Positions 57,076 through 64,000 of a stretch of DNA of 64,000 nt are shown piece after piece. This DNA comes from Eledone cirrhosa (lineage: Eukaryota), in NCBI GenBank assembly GCA_964016885.1, contig OZ024740.1:161696001-161760000 (forward strand), read 5' to 3'. How positions within the stretch are numbered: position 1 is the stretch's first letter; every line of letters starts with the position of its first letter. A model generated the notes under the pieces. The model worked only from the letters and a program-made list of their open reading frames with translations, was not told the origin of the DNA and did no database searches. The translations under genes were made by a program, and so were the position numbers.

Positions 57076-58509
57076 CAATATATTTAGAAACACACAGATA
57101 CATGCGGGGACACACATATATACATGAATGCATCCGCACCCAACTGTGAGTTAAGGGTGCCAACTTCACCGATGTTGCTCAATGAATGACTGGGACAGAC
57201 CAATCCAGTTGAACTAGACTGAACCAGTATCAGAGTTAAAAATACATTATGAAGAGAGAAGAAACATTTAAATATAATTAGTAATAAAATGTATCATACC
57301 TAAACTGCTTCTAAATTCCTCGACTACGTAGTTTCGTGGCATAAACAAAAACAATATATCATAAAGATATAGAGTCCTTGCGAGGTCTGCCGACTTATCA
57401 AGAGGATACCTCATTTTACTAGTCTCAAGAACGCGTCTACACGACGTGAGAAAGAATCCCAAAAGGCGGAGAGGGAGATAGTCACGCGATATAACGGTCG
57501 AGAAACAGAGCTAAGCCTCTTATAACCCCGAAGAAAATACCACGGAGGCGGAGGGGGCATTCATATCGAGGCCGTAGAAGAGGTGGTGAAGGAGGCGAGA
57601 AGTATGAGTAATGGAAGCTTTCCAGCTGTCCCCACACTTCAAAGATTGCTCGACCAGAGGGAGTTATTAACAATATATTTAGAAACACACAGATACATGC
57701 GGACACACACATATATACATGAATGCATCCGCACCCAACTGTGAGTTAAGGGTGCCAACTTCACCGATGTTGCTCAATGAATGACTGGGACAGACCAATC
57801 CAGTTGAACTAGACTGAACCAGTATCAGAGTTAAAAATACATTATGAAGAGAGAAGAAACATTTAGATATAATTAGTAATAAAATGTATCATACCTAAAC
57901 TGCTTCTAAATTCCTCGACTACGTAGTTTCGTGGCATAAACAAAAACAATATATCATAAAGATATAGAGTCCCAGTCATTCATTGAGCAACATCGGTGAA
58001 GTTGGCACCCTTAACTCACAGTTGGGTGCGGATGCATTCATGTATATATGTGTGTGTCCGCATGTATCTGTGTGTTTCTAAATATATTGTTAATAACTCC
58101 CTCTGGTCGAGCAATCTTTGAAGTGTGGGGACAGCTGGAAAGCTACCATTACTCATACTTCTCGCCTCCTTCACCACCTCTTCTACGGCCTCGATATGAA
58201 TGCCCCCTCCGCCTCCGTGGTATTTTCTTCGGGGTTATAAGAGGCTTAGCTCTGTTTCTCGACCGTTATATCGCGTGACTATCTCCCCCTCCGCCTTTTG
58301 GGATTCTTTCTCACGTCGTGTAGACGCGTTCTTGAGACTAGTAAAATGAGGTATCCTCTTGATATGTCGGCAGACCTCGCAAGGACTCTATATCTTTATG
58401 ATGTATTGTTTTTGTTTATGCCACGAAACTACGTAGTCGAGGAATTTAGAAGCAGTTTAGGTATGATACATTTTATTACTAATTATATCTAAATGTTTCT
58501 TCTCTCTTC

Positions 58510-58514
<5 letters not shown>
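57073..58514 (-). mobile_element. Retrozyme-like element: 1.5 tandem copies of a 595-bp unit plus a 546-bp inverted arm, in (TA)n
   Basis: 57073-57667 repeats from 57668 to 57972. 57969-58514 is the reverse complement of 57246-57791, with a GTCC overlap at the switch. (TA)n on both sides. Confidence 0.85.
57317..57406 (-). ncRNA. Type I hammerhead ribozyme with a U3-A8 variant core
   Basis: Minus strand reads TCCTC-TTGATAA-GTcGGCA...TGCCAC-GAAAC-TACGTA-GTC-GAGGA. The copy at 58354-58443 (+) has TTGATAT. Confidence 0.7.
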
Positions 58515-58594
<80 letters not shown>

Positions 58595-58596
<2 letters not shown>

Positions 58597-59586
58597 TGTT
58601 TTAATTATATTCTTAGGATAGAAATTTTTTTTAACTTTTTAACTTTATAACATTTAATCCTTAGTGTCATCTGAGTTCTTAAAAAATCACCTCTAACTTC
58701 CTTTACACTTCCTTACTGTTTTTATAATATAACTAAGTGGTTATTCTTTTGTACTCGTAAATTTTTCATAAATTTAGAATTATTTGGATGTTTAAATTTT
58801 GACTTACAACTTTTAATAAAATAAACTATAATAGTTTTGCTCTAATGTAAAATAATATATATTTATTTAAATAATTTATAATCCTTAACTAATTATTAAT
58901 ATTAAATTATTAAATTAAATCTTTAATATTAAGGTCAATTTTAATCTTTAATTTTGATTTCTAATTTTTAATTTTAATTTAATTTTAATCTAATTGTTCA
59001 ACCTATCATTATAAGTATTATAATCAAAACGTAATAAATCCTGCATTATAAATATTATTCTTCCACGTTATTCTCATTTCTTCTCTCTTTTAGATATACT
59101 TACGCTGTTTTCACTATCAATATATATAATCGTTCTTTCTTTCCTCTTCTATCTTTCTCCTTCCTTTTTCTTTCTTTTTTTCTTTTTTCTACTTTTTTCT
59201 CTCTCCCTTCCATATCATCTTCTTCTAACAGTTTAATTTAAATAAACCGTTATCTTTTCAACCTTTCGGACACTCATTTGCCTACTCACTCATAATTTTG
59301 TATTACCCTCAATAAATGTACTATCTCCACTATCCAGGAAGCTCCAACCGTTAAGGTTGTCTTTTTTTCCGGGTATGTCAATATTTATTTATAAAACAAA
59401 TCTGTATTTTATCTGATGAAAGCGCACCATAATTTGCTTTGGTTGCCCTTGAAATATGTATAATAAAATAAATATGGTTTTATAAATATAGTTTCCATTT
59501 ATTAATATATTGTATATTTACTCCACTAAACTGTTGAGTGCTTTATATCAGTTCTAAAAATTTTTTTAATTAAATATAACCTCTCC

Positions 59587-59590
<4 letters not shown>
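58595..59590 (+). mobile_element. AT-rich decayed 3' part of a Penelope-like element
   Basis: (TA)n flanks, a pyrimidine tract, an HHR at 59405 and a tail ending AACCTCTCC|(AT)n. Layout matches 1-300. Confidence 0.5.
59405..59470 (+). ncRNA. Type I hammerhead ribozyme
   Basis: TATTTTAT-CTGATGA-AAG...CTT-GAAA-TATGTA-TA-ATAAAATA. Stem I is identical to that of 197-267. Confidence 0.75.
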
Positions 59591-59617
<27 letters not shown>

Positions 59618-59652
59618 ATACACACGCATGCATACACGCACACACACGCACG

Positions 59653-59687
<35 letters not shown>

Positions 59688-59688
59688 G

Positions 59689-59742
<54 letters not shown>

Positions 59743-59830
59743 AATACATACATACATACATACATACATACATACATACATACATACATACATACATACA
59801 TACATACATACATACATACATACATACATA

Positions 59831-61013
59831 GTCTATCTGCATGAAACAGATAAGATCATGAGAGTTGGGAAGGAACTCCTTGAGAGATATTCCCTGTGTG
59901 ATAATCAAAAACTCACACCCAGGGATGTCGCTCAGCAGTATCGCAGTGAATCCATGGATGAAAAACTGCATGCCTATCAGCAAAAAATCATGCATGGATA
60001 TGTTGCCAGGAAGCGCCAGAGTGAGAGTAATATAGATAAGGAAAGTAGTCTATCTTGGACCAACAACCGCTATATTGGCTCCCACTTTGAAGGATACGCT
60101 TTTGCAATCCAAGAACAGGAGATTAGCACGAAATACCTGATTCACAAAAGAGATAGGGATGCAGGCAAAACACCTAGATGTGATAACAAGTGCAGACTCT
60201 GCAGAACTGACATCGAGGATATCACCCATGTCATCAGCAGCTGCCCAAAGATGTCATCGCGGTACTATCTACCTATGAGGCATGATGTAGTGGCCAAAAC
60301 ACTGTACAATGCAGTTCGTAAAAAAGCTAGCCCCAATAATAAACACATTAAAAGCTACAACAATGTGGAAGACATCCATGTACATAATATGAAAGAGTAC
60401 TGGTGGAATGTTCCAGTAAAAACCCCAATAAAATGCAGGCATAACAGACCAGATATTATGATATGGGACAGGGAGAAGAAAACATGCACAGTAGTGGAAA
60501 TTAGCTGCCCAGCAGATGCCAATATAATATCAAAGATTAGTGAAAAGGAGAATATTTATGCAGAACTGATGAGAAATCTGCAGATACTCTACCCTGATTA
60601 CACCTTCAGATTTATACCTGTGATTGTTGGGGCACTGGGATATGTTAGTAACTGCCTCAATACAAATCTTGAGAAGCTAGGCTTCACAGGAACAGAAAGA
60701 ACACAACTAGTTAGGAAATTACAAGTACAATCCATTAATGGAACAGTAAAAATATGTAAAACATTCCAAAAATGTTGCATCTAATAACTGCATATACACA
60801 TGTACAGATACAAAGCATATACACATGCACACATACAACTCAAAACATACACATCCACACATACAATAACATCCATATCTACACATGCATGCAGACATAC
60901 ATATCTACCTAGTTGATGTTGTGTAAATTCCAATGAGAGAGTCTTGTGTCTATGTTAGAAACCAACTCTCTCTCTATTGGTAAAACTTTGTGAAATTATA
61001 AAACCAGAAGAAT
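59831..61013 (+). mobile_element. 5'-truncated R4/Dong-type non-LTR retrotransposon in (TACA)n
   Basis: An uninterrupted ORF remnant plus ~230-bp 3' UTR, with (TACA)n in the same orientation on both sides. Confidence 0.85.
59858..60784 (+). CDS. C-terminal part of an R4/Dong-type ORF: CCHC zinc knuckle plus restriction-like endonuclease
   Basis: AIQEQEISTK, CRLC...EDITHVISSC, Y..RHD.VAK, HNRPDIMIWD...VEISCP, K..K...Y, IPVIVGALG. Confidence 0.85.
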   Translation: MRVGKELLERYSLCDNQKLTPRDVAQQYRSESMDEKLHAYQQKIMHGYVARKRQSESNIDKESSLSWTNNRYIGSHFEGYAFAIQEQEISTKYLIHKRDRDAGKTPRCDNKCRLCRTDIEDITHVISSCPKMSSRYYLPMRHDVVAKTLYNAVRKKASPNNKHIKSYNNVEDIHVHNMKEYWWNVPVKTPIKCRHNRPDIMIWDREKKTCTVVEISCPADANIISKISEKENIYAELMRNLQILYPDYTFRFIPVIVGALGYVSNCLNTNLEKLGFTGTERTQLVRKLQVQSINGTVKICKTFQKCCI

Positions 61014-61042
61014 ATACATACATACATACATACATACATACA

Positions 61043-61076
<34 letters not shown>

Positions 61077-61090
61077 CATACATACATACA

Positions 61091-61375
61091 TACAACTAGT
61101 TAGAAACAGTAAAAATATGTAAAACATTCCAAAAATGTTTCATCTAATAACTGCATATACAGATGTACAGATACAAAGCATATACACATGCACACATACA
61201 ACTCAAAACATACACATCCACACATACAATAACATCCATATCTACACATGCATGCATACATAATCTACCTAGTTATTGTTGTGTAAATTCCAATGAGAGA
61301 GTCTTGTGTCTTTGTTATAAACAGACTCTCTCTCTATTGGTAAACATTTGTGAAATTATAAAACCAGAAGAACAT
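61091..61375 (+). mobile_element. Second, shorter 3' copy of the same R4/Dong-type element
   Basis: Near-duplicate of 60703-61013 with a small internal deletion. Preceded by (TACA)n. Confidence 0.85.
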
Positions 61376-62534
61376 GCATACATACATATGTGTGTGTATA
61401 TATATATATATGTATGTATGTATGTATATATGTGTTTGTGTCGACACTAATGAGAAGAGCTGAATACAAAGAACTGTTTGATGATGACGTATTAGTTTAT
61501 TAAGTTTACTACGCACGCTTCTTGCAGACAAGTTTAGGAACGCGCTCCTTGATGTATTTTTGTATAAAAATGATATAAAATAATCCCACTGTAGAAAGCA
61601 GTCTTCTAGTATAACATTGAGTTGATTCAAGCATTACTAGGGGAGTTATGTGTATAATTATTGTGCAAACACCCGTGGGACTGTATCTGTTCTTCAGTTG
61701 TAGACATAATCTATCGTCCCATTAGTTGCCTTTAGCGGAATTCATTCTGTTGCAAGCATTTGAAAGCAGTCAATTTGGCCTCCAGACACCAGTTTGTGTA
61801 TAATTCGATATAACTCGATATCTCAGTGAATTGATTCCTGCAATAGTAACCAATGATTCGTGAGGTATTTCGTGAAGGGGTCCTTGAAAAGACTTCATGG
61901 GTGCTACTCTTCCTTCACTAAGACATAAGAAAAAGCTAACTTTCTTAACATGCCTAACATTGCTTTATTACTGTTCGCTGCGTCCTAAGTTAAAATCCCG
62001 GCGAGGTTAACTTTGCTTTTTGTCCTTTCAGAGTTGTCCTGGTAGATTGGCAGAATTGTTAGTGTCGGGTGAGTTCTATTGGAATATTAGTTCCGGTCCT
62101 TTGCATTGTATGTTCAAATCTCACTGTGGCTTACTTGAGAGGTAGATTTAATCCATCACTTGGTTTAACACCATCACCTGTTTCTTGGATGCTATTAATG
62201 ACGCCTACTCCGTTACAAACATTTCAGTTTGATGATATATTACCCCTCCCATTACCAATTTTAGAGGCCTTGAAAAAATAGGTCATGAACTCTATCCTTT
62301 CTTTTTCTCAGTATCTGTGATTTGAGAAGAACTGCACGTTCACAAATGTTTCAGCATTTGTTTTGTCTTACTTTGTTTGGGTTTTTTTTATTTTTATTAT
62401 TATATCATTCCTGTTTCTAATCTACCTTTCGTACTAACTCAATCTACTTTAGGAATAAATATTCCTCTCTCGCTTTCTATTACCACAAGAGGAAGACTTG
62501 AATTCTCGTTTATTTTGAAAAACTAAAAAAAGAC

Positions 62535-62642
<108 letters not shown>

Positions 62643-62664
62643 TATATATACATATATATATATA

Positions 62665-62708
<44 letters not shown>

Positions 62709-63407
62709 AAATTTAGTACAGTATCATCGAAGCTCTGGTTGCAGCCAAGCTAACGAATGCAATCTCGGTGTACAGCTAAGCACTCAATAGGGTATATTAC
62801 CCTAGAGTTATAACATTACGTTTAGACAGCTTTGCAAATTGAAGACAGCTATATATATATTTCTCCTGCTGTATCATCATCCTTTTCTTCTTCATGACCA
62901 TCAACTTCTTCAACTTTATCACATTTTCCTCTTTTCCTCTTCCAATTCCTTATCCTCTCCTTCTTCTGCGAGGCCAGTCTCCCTCACATGGTGATCATTC
63001 GACTATAAATTCACAGTAAATTGTTTGAAAGAAACATTTCTATAAAATCTGATTAAAAACGATTACTAGCCATTAAATGGCATTTCAACACTTAATGGTG
63101 ATCTCTACTGAATGCCACTTATTTAAATATAAACACAAACATACACACTCACGCACATATACACATATACACTTCAGTACACGCGTACACGCGTACACAC
63201 CTACGCATTCACGTTCATACATACCATATAAACACACACACATATACATAGACGCAAACTATCCCACTTGAACATAGATAGTCATACATATAACCACAGG
63301 CCTCTCATTTAATTTCTTCTTTACTCTCCCCGACCCACTTCTTCTTCCCCTTTGTCCATCTTAATTTCCCTTTCCACACACACACACACAAACACACATG
63401 TATGTAC

Positions 63408-63467
<60 letters not shown>

Positions 63468-63796
63468 GGGTGGGGTTGCATGTGTGAATGTCTTTCTCTT
63501 TCTTATTTAACTTGCAAGTCTTCGCAAGTTGTTTTATCAACATTCATCATAATATTCATTCTCCTTGCCATAATTGAACATCTTGTATCAGGCAATGATA
63601 ATAGGTTTTTTTTGAGCAAATGAAAAATAACTTGAGTTATTTGCATTCAACTTGGAATACAAAACCTTATATTGTGAACACATATGGCGAATAGGATCTG
63701 AATTGCTTTCAACAGTGTCTTTTTACTTTACATAAAACAACCGATATCTCGCTGACAGCATGGATGAAATGAGAAGTTGTAACTTTTATACAAATC

Positions 63797-63945
63797 GGCG
63801 GTAAATTGGCATTCGTGAAGGCGTAGGACAAAATGTCTTTTGTCATATATTTCGGTTCTCTGTGTTTTAAGTTCAAATTCCACTGAGACCAGCTTTGCTT
63901 TTCTGTTTCGAGAGCGATAAAATAAAGTAGCAGAGAGTAATGGAA
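63797..63945 (+). mobile_element. Nin/Deu-like SINE, diverged
   Basis: GGCGGTAAATTGGCATTCGT...AAGTTCAAATTCC...CTTTGCTTTT...CGATAAAATAAAGTA. Confidence 0.55.
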
Positions 63946-64000
63946 GGGATATTGTCAGGACGGACTACCTTCTTGTTTTCCAACGAACGGAGGGAGTTTC

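Noticed and set aside
57268-57712. 64-aa and 76-aa ORFs repeated in the 595-bp unit
   Set aside because: They have non-ATG starts and no recognisable domain, and they recur only because the unit is duplicated.
61440-61950. Possible Bel/Pao fragment (minus-strand RVAPMK)
   Set aside because: A single short motif with no supporting neighbouring motifs.

Overview
AT-rich eukaryotic (animal) genomic DNA that is almost entirely repeats. There is no confidently identifiable intact host gene, and most ORFs in the supplied track are translations of (TA)n/(CA)n microsatellites. The tRNA-headed SINEs, including many with a Nin/Deu-like domain, and the microsatellite load suggest an octopus or other coleoid genome; this is an inference. 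Recognisable elements are a deleted Helitron, Penelope-like element (PLE) fragments (one with RT C-terminus, GIY-YIG and inverted pLTRs; one Naiad-like RT), a CRE-clade fragment nested in a hAT MITE, R4/Dong-type fragments in (TAA)n and (TACA)n, a Tx1/L1 end in (GATA)n, and RTE fragments. The most notable signal is a dense set of small non-coding elements inserted in (TA)n that carry type I hammerhead ribozymes (HHRs) or parts of them. They include (i) a ~595-bp tandem-plus-inverted retrozyme-like unit with a compensatory U3-A8 core, (ii) a ~528-bp terminally redundant unit, (iii) fold-back mini-elements whose symmetry axis appears to be hammerhead stem II, and (iv) double-hammerhead hairpins. 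All structures were read by eye, and some boundaries are approximate.
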